Assembly (NCBI RefSeq): GCF_001194135.2
Contig: NC_068983.1
Coordinates: 161,248,357-161,312,356, forward strand
Reading direction: 5' to 3'
Length of the DNA stretch: 64,000 bases
Source: Octopus bimaculoides
Lineage: Eukaryota
Below the pieces are notes generated by a model. It was not told where the DNA came from. It made no database searches and was given only the letters and a program-made list of their open reading frames with translations. This document shows, one piece after another, positions 12,901-27,103 of the stretch; the first letter of the stretch is position 1, and every line of letters starts with the position of its first letter. The position numbers and the translations under genes are program-made.

Positions 12901-13738
12901 ATCTTCTGCTGCATAAAGACATAGAGTTTAATTAAATTAAAACAGATGGACACAGTATAATTTTACCTAGAATCTCCAAGAAGGTAAGGAGATAGACAAA
13001 AAAACATGCTGCCTTCACTTCAGCTTAGAAGCTACTAACGTATCAATCAGGAAGAAAGACTTGATTAAATAAACAATAACTTCATCGTAAGATATTCTTT
13101 CTCCCTTGCGTATTGCTTAATTATATTACGTGTGATAACAGCAAGCGTTTTTTAAAGAATTTCGTTTGATTAACTTTTGTTTTCATTGTGACTCATCTTC
13201 TCGGTAGATTTATTTACTGTTGTGCTAGTCAGCAATCACACGTAACAAAATAACATATTTTTACATTTCCTTTTTAATCGAATAGTATGTATATCTATAT
13301 AAGGATATCTTATTTTGGAGTGAAATTGGTGGAAACATGATCTTCTCATATATTGTACTTCTCAATGGACTGAAATAGCAAGTCAGCAAGTCCTTTACAC
13401 TCGCATAAATCAATTTATCATTTAGTTCATGTTAAATTTCAGGAAAGCCTCCGCCTTTAATATGTTGTAGAATCATCTTATCGGCTATCATCTACCAAAG
13501 CAGTCTTAAAATACATTTCTAGTGTATTGAACAACTCTCCCAAGGATGTACCATTATATCTGGCAAAGTTGTGATGCAGAGGGCTGGGGATGGCAGGATA
13601 TCGTTCATGGCCGTCATAATAAATCCGGCAAAGTGAATCACACAGTCAAGTTCCTTTTTTTATTTGTCAAAGTAAATCTGCTATTCTTCAGTCAAAGTAA
13701 ATCTGCTATTTTGAATTGTATTGACAACGTGACCATCA

Positions 13739-13790
13739 GTGACCAACGTGACCAACGTGACCAACGTGACCAACGTGACCAACGTGACCA
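13739..13790. repeat. 9-bp tandem repeat (GTGACCAAC)n, ~6 copies
   Basis: Direct reading. Confidence 0.9.
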
Positions 13791-14718
13791 TAGTACGTAT
13801 AGAAAATCTTACAAAGCATGCCACGCTTTCAGCATCAAAGTTGAAGCCATCTTATTTTTCTGCACTGACTACATTATATAGGATTTTACGTCGTGGATTT
13901 TGTTGTCCTTCATCACACCCTATTACATTAGAGAACATCTTGTAACACCTACATTTTCACACAGTCTACTTAAGAATTGCAGTTGATTCCCTCCTTTATT
14001 GTCTATCCCGACAAAATTAGGTAATTTTTAATCTTCATCAGACAAGGAGTCAAACCTACCCCTTCTAATACCCCAAAGATATTATTGTGCAACTCGCTTG
14101 TGTTCTGCCTTACAAAGATTAAAATAGGAAAATTTCCTCCCATGTCCTATTCGTCTACCTTAATAAACACAAGGTGAAGAATTATCCTTCATTAATATAT
14201 CTAAAGTCCCCTATAACAGTGCCATTAGACAGTGCTTATTTATGCATTTAAGCTCTAATCTCCATCCAGTGGACAGCAATTACCTTCTTTGTAATTAGTG
14301 AGTCCTTCCAAACTCACAGATTGTCAGGAAATGAACTACAGTGACAGATTTTACTAAATTTCTCTTAGCTGCCAAAATTAGCATTGTCTTTGATTTTAAA
14401 GCGTTTATCAAAACTAGTCACTTATTCTTATCTCATCATCCAGCCTCCTATTTCTTAATACCAGCATATGGTATTCTAGTTATCTAAGATCAGCTTCTTT
14501 GTTTTACTAATATTCTAAAAACTATTATATTACTTGCTAATTCTCAGAACCTTACCTGATCTGCGGTTCTCTTTCACATCTGCAACGATTCTCACGGAGG
14601 ATCCTCCGTAAATTGTATAGGTATACTTTCAAATGTGATGAATGTCCTCTAATATGTATATTAAAAAAGACATGGATAAATCATGCATTTTCATACTCAG
14701 CCAGCAAGTAGTTCGAAT

Positions 14719-15095
14719 ACATTATTTACATTATTTACATTCGACGGATATTTGTCCTCATCTTGTTTGCTGTTAACACAACATTTCGGCTGATATACCC
14801 TCCAGCCTTCTTCAGGTGTCTTGGGGAAATTTCGAACCTGGGTTCTCATTCATAAGGTATTATTCGATGTTGTTACTATTATTATTGTTGTTCAGGTCAT
14901 TGCTTGGAATCGATCTCGGAATCTTGGGGTTAGTAGCCCGCGCTCTTAACCACTATGCCATATGCCCGTGGGAAGAAGGCTGGAGGGTATATCAGCCGAA
15001 ACGTTGTGTTAACAACAAACATGATGAGAACAAATATCCGTCGAATGTAAATAATGTAAACAATGTACATAATTCCTCATCTCTTAAATATAATA
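14719..15095. mobile_element. tRNA-headed, hammerhead-bearing element (family D) inserted as inverted arms
   Basis: The minus arm 14719-14970 carries the tRNA head. The plus arm 14972-15092 is 5'-truncated but has the complete 3' end. A 13-bp TSD AAGTAGTTC(G/T)AAT lies at 14706-14718 and 15096-15108. Confidence 0.8.
14775..14820 (-). ncRNA. Minimal type I hammerhead ribozyme motif (one stem III change)
   Basis: GACAC-CUGAAGA-A-GGCUG(10)CAGCC-GAAAU-GUU-GUGUU. Confidence 0.65.
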
Positions 15096-17132
15096 AAGTA
15101 GTTCTAATGTTTTGAAATCCAACTACATTATTAGGGTATGGATTCATACATCTATATTTCTGGTTAAAAAAAACGACAAACATGTCTTGGTGACGTCGAC
15201 AATTAATTCAAGAGTCTAGCTTGCAAAGCACAGTAACTTAATCCATTCAGTTTCATCAGCGACTAATTAGAATGAAATCAGATTAATTTTATAATTCTGT
15301 GGATGTCGAATATGCTTCTCCTATCAGTAGTTTTACTTATGCCAATATACAAATGATGTATGTAGTTTGTCAAGAATTATTTGGTGGACATAGGGCCAAT
15401 TCTTTATATCCCAGGAAGCTTTGATTGAGCCGACCTAATGCCAAATATGTTCCAGATGTAACCATCTTTTTTTTTCCTTCAAGAATAGAGTATCTAGGAC
15501 AACATGATGCCACTTATATTTCATTTAAGTCCTATAACAATCCATACGACTTTATAAATAACGATTCAAATCTTTTCTGACCATTAGCACTACAGAACAT
15601 TGACTAGCAAAGCAACTAATTCTTAGTTATCTAATCGCCATCCCTTTATTTTAAATATGTATCATGTTAAAGTGTATTTCTATATGTAAAGAAAACTACT
15701 TAATTTTAATTGGCTGAACAAAAAATATTATGGTGTCCCAAACAATCAATGGGCATAAAGTTGAAAGTGTGCCATCATTTATATCCTACTTTTGTGACAT
15801 TGTGTTGTACGTAAGGTCAAAGTAACCATCCCTTAAGGTTAACGACCCACTGCAGTAAGTACTGGCATGTTTTTTTTTTTTTGTCTTTTGGTTATTTGGT
15901 TTTGTTTTTCTGTGATACTGACTAAATTACGAAAACTAAAAGCCACAACTTTCTAGCTGGTACAGCAAAGTTCAATTTTCGTCCTCCAGGTAAAGAAAAG
16001 TATCTATAACAATTTGGTTTCTTGTTAAGGTAGATGTCAATATCTAATCTACTAAAGGTTTGAAACCAGAAATTAAATTAAATCGAAGAGGCCTATGAAA
16101 GAATATTCATTTCTTTTTCCTTTTAATCAATGATCAGTGTTTATACAGCATTATTTAATTTCTTCACTTTTTGCAAACTTATCAAGTTATTATTTAATAG
16201 TCACGCATTATATAGTAAAACGCGAACAACAGCAAGAAATCATTAAGCAGAAAACCGCTAATTTACTTATCAAAACTTTAATTTATCTCACTTGGCTTCA
16301 AAAACTAAGAAACTGTTGTAGAAAAAAATGTCTGTTTGTCCTACTTATGAACGAAATGATATGTAAAAGCATGTTAATGGGTCAATTAAGTCCTGTTATG
16401 TGTAATTTCAGCTACGGCAATCGTGCTCAGAATATAATAAACAATCTCTCACATCATGGGTTTCACAACTATAAACAAGTCAAATAAACGTGCGAGTTTC
16501 TATGCGCTCATTCGACCTTCTGAAAATATGTCTTTCTGGCTATCTTTTTTATTTATCAGTCAATATATCATTTACACTTTAGTGTTAGTATATTTCGTAA
16601 AGTAACCATTAAATACCTACCTGATTAGAAATATGTTTGCGATGGAGAAAAAAAGCACCATTAGATCAATGACTACTAACTTTTTAATTATTTCGTCACA
16701 TACGGGTAAAACTTCTTGGCACGTTTCGATCTTACAAGATGTGCACGGTAAAGTGTAGGCCTTGCCATTCTCGCCGAAAGAGTGATAATGCTAGTATTAA
16801 ATCAAGTACAACAAAAGGTGGTGCTCCAGCATGGCCGAAGTCAAATGACTGAAACAAGTAATAGAATAAAAGAATAGCTTTGCCATACGAATGATGCTTC
16901 TGGATGAGTCATATCAATGCTGTTTAAATGTGTTATTTAATGAATTTCTAAATCTAATTTTGGCAAGTACAGCGTAGTCTGTGTTCTGCTGAAAATCTCT
17001 ACAAAGTCATCATCATGTCCAGTGTTATCAGCCCTACTTATAGAAATTATATAACTAATATTAGCCACTGAGTTGATGAAATTGACACCACTTATAAACT
17101 GATAGGATTAGTTTTATAGAATATTATGAGCT

Positions 17133-17567
17133 AATATTGGTTTCAATTTTTTGGTACAAGGCCAGCAATTTGGTAGGAAGGGGCAAGTCTGTGACATCGA
17201 CCCAGTACATATTTTATCGACTCCGAAAGGAATGAAAAGCAAAGTCGACCTCAATGGAATTTGAACTCAGAACGTAAAGACAGCCGAAATGCTGCTCAGC
17301 ATTTTGCCCAGTTTGCTAATGATTTTGCCAGCTCGCCGCCTTATATTGCGCTAATATCAGAAATCAACATAAGGCGGCGAGCTGGCAGAATCGTTAGCAC
17401 GCTGAGCAAAGTTCTGAATAGCGTTTCGTCCATCTTTATGTTCTGAGTTCAAATTTTGCCTTTGATCGTATCGAAGTCAATAAAATAAGTACCAATGGGT
17501 TCGATGAAATTGACTTGCCCATCCTTCCGAAACTGCTAGCCTTATTCCAAAATATGAAACCAATATT
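17133..17567. mobile_element. Head-to-head pair of family B SINEs (17133-17344 minus, 17369-17567 plus)
   Basis: Two near-full copies in inverted orientation with a ~25-bp spacer. Confidence 0.88.
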
Positions 17568-20377
17568 AGAAATCAATATATATTTCTCGAGTACAGATTG
17601 ACAATCAAAAGTACACAAACCATGCATTCTACCTTTCTCCTCCCCTCCTCTCTATCGCCCGCTCTTTCTTTCTTTCTCTCTCTCACACATACGCCCAAGT
17701 AAGCACTCTTTTACTGATTCCCTCATCTGCTCACATTTACAACGAGTAACAGATTGTTGATCTTCTCTCCTCTGTTGTTTCTATTGTCAAATAATTCAGT
17801 TACCTGGGCACTGTTTTTGACCAGTTCCCTCGTCAACCCTGATTAATGTAACTTATGATTTAAAATGCTCCCGTTCTAATTATTTCTTCTTTTTAGGTGC
17901 ATATTAGTCTAATGTTTCTTTTTCTTGTAAGATAAGGCGGTACGGTGTGATTTGAGGGAGGTCTGGCTGATATTTCTAGCATGTCGAGCGACTACGTAGA
18001 GACTTCCACATTGACTGCAAAACACAAAGTTGAATGTTCTGATAAGTAAATAGTAAGAATTTACAGTTACCGTATTGTGTAAATGTAAGTTTGACAAGAC
18101 CACGCGGTGTGTGGATATACATACGCCCGCTCATATGTATACGTATGCACATATATGTGTGTTAAGTGTATAGGTTAAGTATAAGTTTGTGTGAGTATTC
18201 TTTTAATCAATTCATGTCATCGAATATGTGTGCACATATCGGTGCACATATCGGTGCAGATGTAGTCATTCACGTGCCTCGTTATGTACCAGTCAGACAG
18301 TGTGCCCCCTTAATAATAGTTAGCTTTCGCGCTAATCATAGTGTTCGCAACGTTTAACGGGTGTTTTCCCCGCCCCACCACCACCACTATCATTTCTCAC
18401 TTCTTTTCTATTACTCAATCTCTTCCTCTCTTTCTCCCCTTCTCTCTCCCTCCCTCTTTAATGTCAGTGTAACCATAAGATACCCACTACAGATGTCTGT
18501 GTGCATTTGCATGTTTGTATGAGTAAAAACTTGCAGTTCATATAAACATTGCATTTTAAAACAGACTGCCAGCATTGCAGAATAGATAAAATTCATGTGT
18601 AGTCGAATCTCTTCATATATGTCCGATTTTTTTTTTTTTTTTGACCGCAACGAATGCATTTTGTCGAAAAGGTAGAGTGGAAAGTAAATTTTTCGTAAGT
18701 TCTTCAATGTTCTGAATGAGTGTAAAGCTTACTGACCTCAGCTTTGGTTGTCGTTCCTAGAGGATTGACAAAATAGGAAATAAACCGAGTTCTGACAAAT
18801 CTCCTAATAAAATTGGTCTTTTACCAGGTCAAAATTATCTAGGCAGTTTCACCGACATGGTAAAGTTTATGCTGTCAGCATAATTGAACGCAGCTTCAGA
18901 CAGTCTGTTGATCTATGAAAATATAAACGTCACTTCAGACAGCTGTTGGAAATACCTACCAGCTTGAAACTTTATGCAGTAAACGGACATCTTTTACAGA
19001 AAATGACTTGTCCCTCTCCAACACTATGGGTCCATGTTGTTCGTGGGAAATTTACCTTTTCAAAGCATGAAAAATATTGCTGACATTAGAAAGGCAGATT
19101 TGATTCCTTGCAACGCTTCTGAAATCGAATAATACTGAGATAAATTTTCGTAATAATTGTTACATAATTTGATCATGATTTTTCTGACATTGGAACAATG
19201 CCACACATATAGGTAAGGTAAGGATGTAATCGCTATAATAGACTCCTTCAGGGTATGTTTGCTATCTATTTTATCGATCCCTGAAGAATGTAAAGTAAAT
19301 TCCATACCGGAAAACTATAAACTAAGGATTCTATCACGCTATCGCCGTTGAAATATAATTTCATGTTTGTGCAAGTCTCAAAAGACCAGTTCGTAGTTCA
19401 AGATTCCGGTGTATCAAACAACTGGTAATGAAAGCCCTCTTTGAATAGGACATGAAGTCTATTGCAGGTACCATTTCCAAAAGATCAGAACTCAGATTAT
19501 TATGCCACTAGCTGATATAAATTCGTAACTAAGCCGTTAAATTATGCACTGGACTATTTTTGCCTCTTTCTGTTATTAGATGGAACAGGTAACTATTAGA
19601 TAACCGCTTCGCTTGATGACTGAGATGAAAATAGTTCCATTGAGAATATCTCTTTATGTAATACGTTTAAAGTAAATTAGCCCGACAAAGTTCGATCCTC
19701 CATAAAGTCAGAAGGAATGAAGCTCGACGCAAAAAGAAATTTTTCGTTTGATTATAAAACGGGGTTTGACTTCTGGGTTGGTAAATCTTAAAGAAGAATG
19801 AATTCCTCTTACTGATTTACTCTTCATAAATATTCCACTTGAAAAGTGTCTTTAGTGGAGCCCTAACCTGCAATGAGCTATGGGATAACAATCTCCTCAT
19901 CAATACTGTTCATTGGCTTGCAGCCACGATCGCGCACGCACGCGCACATATTCTTCACACAGTATACAACGAGCTTACGAAGGAGCTTCTACATGGCAGC
20001 TCGACCTTTTAGAAATGGTTGCTAAATATCCGACAATATTTAAAAAGGAAAGGACACATGTGATAGTGTACTTCTACATAGTGAAGTACATTTGAACATA
20101 AATTTGGTCGATCTAGTTTGACCCGAGTATAAACAACAACAATCTACTTGTAGCTAAAAAAATATTGCCCAACTAGTAGACAAACCTTCAGTTATCCCTT
20201 TCGTCACTTTTACAATTATTTGTGGTCATTTGAAGTTCATCTCTCTATATCGAAACTGCCAAAACTTTTAGCGTGTCCTACTTGTATATCAAGAATGCAG
20301 GTTGGAAATCTTCCCTTTCCAAAATAGTAAAATACAAATACTACACTAAACACGACAAATTTGAATTTAGTGCCAGT

Positions 20378-20490
20378 GAAGGCGCCCGGCCTAATGGTTA
20401 GAGTGTTGCACGCACAATCGCAAGATCGTGTTTTCCTTTCCTACATCGGGTGGCGCGTTGTGCTTTTGAGCGAAACACCTTGAAGTAGAT
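20378..20490 (+). mobile_element. 5' fragment of tRNA SINE family E
   Basis: Head GGCGCCCGGCCTAATGGTTAGAGTG followed by GTTGTGCTTTTGAGCGAAACAC, matching the body of the copy at 42.8 kb. Confidence 0.55.
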
Positions 20491-21888
20491 CTTGCATGCA
20501 TGAAGTGGATTCGATCCACCATAGCCAAATTTAAATTAACAGTTCAACAGAACTTTTCTCACGATGGAACAATGGTTATTTCTGTGACAGCAGTTTTACA
20601 TTTGCCAGATTGCTAGACCGAAATAATGTCTTCACCACTTGACCCTTATAACCTCTTCTACTTTACCAAAAGCTAGAATAGAGATATCACAGTACCACCA
20701 ACGAAGACCATTGTTCTCAACGATATGTCTATCCTTCTGGAGAGTTATAAAAACAAGAACCCCCAAGCAAAAGACAGTTAGTCACTTCGGTGACAACTCA
20801 TGAGAACGAAGTCTGGCTGACCAGCTAGAATCTTGGTCAGAGGGAGAAATGAAGTTTACTGTTCGCAACTGTGAGACAACGTCTCACAACCCTACAGCTC
20901 TCACTAGTTCTAATTTTGTTCTCTTGCAACATCATTCTGTATCTCTCCGTAATTACTACTAAACAATGAAGAGAACACAAACACAGACTTTACTTCGCAT
21001 GCTTTTGGATTTATTATAACCTGCCCGTCGAGGCAGGGTATTGTAACGTAACGGTAAATAAATATTTCCTTAAAACTTCATGCATTGTTCATCTTCCACA
21101 TCCTACAACATGCCGTTCTAACAACAAATTTTTTTATCGTCTCAACTGCTGACTCCGACATTTCATATTATTGTGTGCCTAATCAATCTTACCCATTACA
21201 ATTGGTAACTACACTAATTAAAACCTAACAGTTACAACCTCATGTCACGTTGCTCCAGTTCACTCAATTATAGGTAACCCTGTGACGAACTGGTATCCCG
21301 TTGAGGGGAAATACTGTGCTCTCCGCCAATTATACGCCATGGAAATCAGTTAACCAGCCCTATGAGTCCTAGAACTCGAGGAAGTACTTAAGTTAAAAAT
21401 TTATTATGAAAGGAAAGTAAAGATGACTGATACTACATGCAATTTCAAATCCTGCCGGTTCCACTATGGCTTTCATCTCTCTGAGGTCGATAAAGTGAGT
21501 CCCAGAAGTTCTGATTTCACTTGGACTACACACCCAAAATAGTATCCAAGCTCACTACTAGGAACTAAGATAATTCTCATCAGTATTATAGTGCATAAAC
21601 AACTGCTTCGTGAAGAGACTTTGTTATCGATAGAGAAACACAGAGCCAGGGTCTGACATCTTCAATTTTCGATTTGGAGTTCAATACTTTGTTGGACCAG
21701 TGATGGTCCTTATTATGTCAATGATCATTGCAAAGTAAGATATAAACTCCCTGCAGGGCGAAACCGCGACTATATTTCGATTTTCGATCTTACGCTATTT
21801 CATTTCTATGCCGTTAATAATACTATTTGGAAAGGCTAGACGTATCATTTCCCCTCTTCCCTCAAAATATAGTTCCTTTGTGCTTATT

Positions 21889-21927
<39 letters not shown>

Positions 21928-22576
21928 CTCGTATGAATCAACGATTACACACCCCTTACTAAAGGCGTCTTGTGTCTAGACAAAAAGAACTTAATATTTA
22001 AGGATTATAAATGATTGATTAAAAATATCCATTATTTAACGGCTTTGTAACGTTTGTCAATGTCACAGTAATAACAGAGAGAATATAAGAACCTCTTATT
22101 AAAATTTTACTCTGAACATTTATAGCTCTACCGCAAATAGTTATTTCTAAAAACAAAAATTCATTAAAATCTCGAACTGGAATACAAACAATCAATTTTT
22201 TTTTTACGTAAACGTAACAGCCCTGTTTTTATTGGGGGTTGTGAGTGTGACATTAATGCAGTTCCCAAGGATATTGATGATGGTGGATTTTTCCTATCTA
22301 CCTTGAGTGATTTATATAGATATATTTACATACATACATGCATGCATACATAACATATGGCTGTATGTATGTGTGGAGAAACGAAATTTGTCTAAGCATA
22401 CTGCCGATGACGCGCTGAGACGCAGAAATCCACCGCTGCTGCTGGACGCTTTTCATCTGTTACTGATACTATTCTATGTACAAAGATGCTTTCTTTGAAC
22501 GAATCCCGCAGTGTTGTGGCTTTCTATAACATATCCACGTAAAGTAAAATATACAGACTGCTATTCTGCACTAATA

Positions 22577-22608
<32 letters not shown>

Positions 22609-22699
22609 NNNNNNNNNNATACATATATGTATATACCTACATCTATATGTATGCATACATGCATATATGGGTACATGACATTAAAAAAAAGTTAAGCAC

Positions 22700-22830
22700 A
22701 ATGAGAAAAGAAAACATAGAAAACGAACAGTTTTCGAACAACGTAAAAAACAAACAGAGAAACGAGACATGCAACATAAAGAGTATACCCTTTCGTCAGT
22801 TGTCCCTGTTTCATTTACTCCGCGTTTCGA
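22700..22830 (-). mobile_element. Penelope-like pLTR/tail fragment
   Basis: The minus strand reads CCTTCGAAACGCG...GACAACTGACGAAAGGGTATACTCTTTATG then a T-rich tail. Confidence 0.5.
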
Positions 22831-22943
22831 AGGCGAAATACATACATACATACATACATACATACATACATACATACATACATAAGCATCACTTTTGTTC
22901 CCATTATCTCTAATCTTTTCACTTTCAACATGTCACACTGGAA

Positions 22944-23160
22944 TAAGGTGGGGAGCTCGCAGAATCGTTACTGCACCGGAAAAAGTGCTTAGCGATATTT
23001 CTTCCAACTTTTTATTCTGAGTTCAAATTGCTCTGGGTTGATTTTGCCTTTCATCTTTCGGAGTCGATGAAATAGGTACCAGTTGAACACTAGGGACGAT
23101 GTAATTCGACTTATCCCCACCCCGCGAAATTGCTAGCTTTCTGCCAAAATTTGAAACTAA
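22944..23160 (+). mobile_element. SINE family B
   Basis: Full head, core and tail. Confidence 0.85.
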
Positions 23161-23225
23161 TTTGTCAGACTGAAATATAACCGCTATGGACTTTTTAAAT
23201 ATTATTGAAGGAATATGACTAACTA

Positions 23226-23608
23226 TAAGTGCAGGTTTGGTTATGTGGTAAGAAGCTTGCTTTCCAACGACAAGATTCCGGGTTCAGTCTTATTCTGTGA
23301 CACTTTGAGCAAGTGTCTTCTGCTATAGTCTCGGGCCAACCAAAGCCTTGTGAACGGATTTGGTAGACGGAAATTGAAAGAAGCCCGTCGTTTATATGTA
23401 TGTGCGTGCGTGTTTCTCCTTCCCCACCGCTTGGCAACCGGGGTTTACGTGCCCGTAATTTAGTGGTTTGGCAAAAGAGACCGATAGAATAAGTACCAGG
23501 CTTAAAAAAAAGTAAGTATTGGGTTCGATTCATTCGACTAAAAATTCTTCAAGGCTGTACCCCAGTATGGCCGCAGTCAAATGCCTGAAACAAGTAAAAG
23601 ATAAAAGA
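23226..23608 (+). mobile_element. SINE family C (tRNA head, internal microsatellite, tail CCAGCATGGCCGCAGTCAAATGACTGAAACAAGT)
   Basis: Matches the copies at 26.2, 35-36 and 51 kb. Confidence 0.85.
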
Positions 23609-24090
23609 TCTACTCAATCAAATATATAAACGCTCATTAAGGAACTTTTTTCAAAAACAGCATAGATTTATAGAATATTTGTAAAATTTAATGATATCGA
23701 TCATAAGTTACTCGAACTTCACAGAACTTCTGAATATGAAAAGAAAAATAAAAGATGGATTAAAAAGTAGTGAATGAGAATTTGTATTTTTTACTTCTGG
23801 GTCGGGGAGCGCCTTTTCTATATTTTAGACTAGGAAAGATAGCATCCGTGATCTTCACAGGCTCTTCGGAACCGCTGGGAGAAGTGAAGTATATGTCATT
23901 ATTCTCGTTGGCTGCTGTAACAGGAATTACTTTATCACATTATAAATTGTCTTCACATGGGAGAACTGATCCAAATATTTGCATCGGAGTGAACTCTGCT
24001 AAAGGTCTTCCGCTTAGTTTCCGACTGAGTGTTTGTCATTCACAAATTCACAAGTTTGGGCTCAAACTGATTGAGTGTGTGTGTGTGTGT

Positions 24091-24175
<85 letters not shown>

Positions 24176-25189
24176 GAGAGAGAGAACCAGATGAGTGAGA
24201 AGTCCATGAACAGTTCCCAACAGTTGATCACGAAACAAATAGTTGTCCATATCAGCTCAAAGATATTATACAGTGATCTGAAGAAATAAATTGCATGGTT
24301 TATTACTAAATATCACCTTTGCCATCTATGCTAAAACACCGTATATTCACATCCAAAGGCTCATGGAATTTAAAAGTCTCATCGAGGTAGTAGTTTTTGC
24401 TTCATCACTTTACTTTATGCATGATAAAATAAAAGCCAAAACCATCAAGTTTAGTTGAGACAGAAGACAGGTGATTTGAAGTACCTAATCTGATAGCTGA
24501 CTGCTTTTAATTCCATACCCATCCTGTACTGACTTAGATTTTTGTTCTTTTTATTATCTGAGACCAGTGTGCATTGCCATGCTGTCTGTGTGTATATACA
24601 TATTACCGCGTCTTCAGTGTAGTTTGAATGTTGATAAGCTAAAGTATTGAATGTTTGAATGTAGATAAGATAAATTATTGAATGCTTGAACGTCAACCTT
24701 ATTAAATGGATAACGTGTCAACGTCTCGCCACATCGATCGTAAGATTAATATATCTCATAATTAAATCAGTGTTGCTTCATTTTACTTTGTTGCATACCT
24801 CGTTCCAAGGAAGGATCAAAGTAGCTGGGAAGCCAGTTTTAAATCAGAAATAGGTATAAGTACCGCATTTCTTTCAGAATTTTCCAAGTCGTCTCACTGG
24901 AGCCGCTATAATGAGTGAAAGAAGGTCAAGGAAACCGACTCTTCTCTACCACTACCAGGTCTCGTCTCGTAGACGAGGAGAGAACGGCGATTAAAATTAA
25001 AATGACATCAATAATCATAAAAGGTTTAGAACTTGTATAAAAATTGCCAATTGAATAATGTGTTTTCTACAATTTAAAATACAATGTCTCATTACCAGTA
25101 TTCTTGTTTCCTGTTTTCTTCATATTACTTTTTTAATAGCCTACCGTATTTCAGAGTTTGTGCGCGTGTAGAGATAAAGCTAAATTCTC

Positions 25190-25230
<41 letters not shown>

Positions 25231-26204
25231 CACTCTCTCTCTCTCTTTCACTCCCCCTCAACTACATACATACATACATACGTGTATAGACTAACGTTTA
25301 TTATTAACGCAGTAAATTACATGCACAATATACCCACTGAACAATTACTGTGGTGCTTTTCTTGTGAAATGACTAGTTTAATAGTTTAATCTCTTGTATA
25401 TTTAATGTAAAAAAAAATCTGTATCCAAGACAAATTACATCTTTCTCAATGCACAAATTCTGAATTTCTTATAAAGATCATTTGGAGATGGGGATGTAGG
25501 GCCAAAGGAAGTGAAGTGGAGTGAAGACTAGGTGAAATATAAGACTGCAGTGAAAAGCTCAGTCCTACTAAGTGAGCGACTGGCGTCGGAGAGGCAGTCA
25601 GCCGTACCAAAAGAAAAATATTTGAACACAAAACTTAAGCCTCCAGGCGCGGAAAGAAGACTGTAAGTAACTTAGACGCAAGCAAGACTAAAAACATAAA
25701 GTATATTATCATACAAACTTGTGTATTTTGATAGAATCAAAAACCTGTGACATACTACGTTTAGTAAAGTGTTTTTGTTGATCATAAGAGTTAAGTTGAA
25801 CATAAAGATAAAATTGAAGTATTTGAAACTGGTTCAGAAATTAATTGTTCAAAACCAAAAAGATTATTTTGTTTTTCTTTATGAATTGAAAATTTGCTAT
25901 CATAGTTTCATCTAAAACATCAAAGGGAAAAAATGTAGTAAAAGAAAAGAAACTGCTGATTTGTTTAATATTTTCTTCTACCTTATTATCCTTATATTAC
26001 AAGAAATAATATTATTATCCTTATGTTACAAGAAATAAACTAAGTTAGTAGCATTATAAGAGAACTTTTAATTTCCAAGTTAGTTCAGCATAACTGTTTT
26101 AGTCTTTGCTTTTATCGGTTATGCTACTAAACTGAGTAAAGCAGAAAGTCAAAGTAGATTGCCAGTTACGTGATATGAACTCTCGACTCTTTAGGGGTTG
26201 CTGT

Positions 26205-26553
26205 GTGGAAATAAAGTGGCTTGCTTACAACCACATGGTTCCGGGTTCAGTCGCACTGTGTGGCACTTTGGGCAAGTGTCTTCTACTATAGCCTCGGGTT
26301 GACCAAAGCCTTGTGAGTGGATTTGGTAAATGGAAACTGAAAGCAGCCCGTCGTGTATATATGTGTGTGTTTGTGTGTCTGTTTGTCCCCACAACATCGC
26401 TTGACAACCGATGCTGGTGCGTTAACGCCCCCGTAACTTAGCGGTTCGGCAAAAGAGACCGATAGAATTAGTCCTGGGGTGCTTGGCATGGCCGCAGTCA
26501 AATGCGGTGCTCCAGCATGACCGCAGTCAAATGACTGAAACAAGTTAAAGGAG
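26205..26553 (+). mobile_element. SINE family C
   Basis: As above, with a duplicated 3' tail segment. Confidence 0.85.
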
Positions 26554-27103
26554 TAACCCATAAATTTATCAGCTGTCGAATTATAACATTGACTGTTTGG
26601 TTTATCGCATTGGATTAAAGGATTTGTAGCGTTTATTTTGTCTTACAAACATGTTGGCTGACTTTGTGTTTCTTCCCGCCAATGTTTAACTCCTCTCTTT
26701 CCTCTTCCATAAATCAAGAACTGAAACTTGAACTATTTTCCTCATGCTTTTTAAGCACTAAAAGAAATGACGTTTCATAAAACTGGTTCCTAACCTTTTA
26801 CAAGTAAATGCTTGATTTTGTACAGAAGGCGTGTTTTGAATGCGTGTAACAGCACCGGGGAGCAAGGGTTGAGTTTCCAGAGAGCCAAGACTGCATGTCG
26901 GTTTGAAGGTTTACATGCGAAATCAAAAGAAATTATTTTACTTTCTTTGTAATGAACGCCGTTACATTACAATTAATTACCAGAAAACAGGATTTCACCA
27001 TCCCAGAACCCATTTGTGATTTCATTTTCTGCAAACGAAAATTTATATCACATTTTGTTTTTAAAAAAAGTATTGTTAGTTATTTAATCCCAACACAAGT
27101 GTT

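Noticed and set aside
13400-14600. Possible ancient LINE remnant
   Set aside because: No diagnostic RT or endonuclease motif could be read in any frame.
23770-24070. 142-aa plus-strand ORF
   Set aside because: No domain, no compatible splice sites, and it ends in an (AG)n tract.
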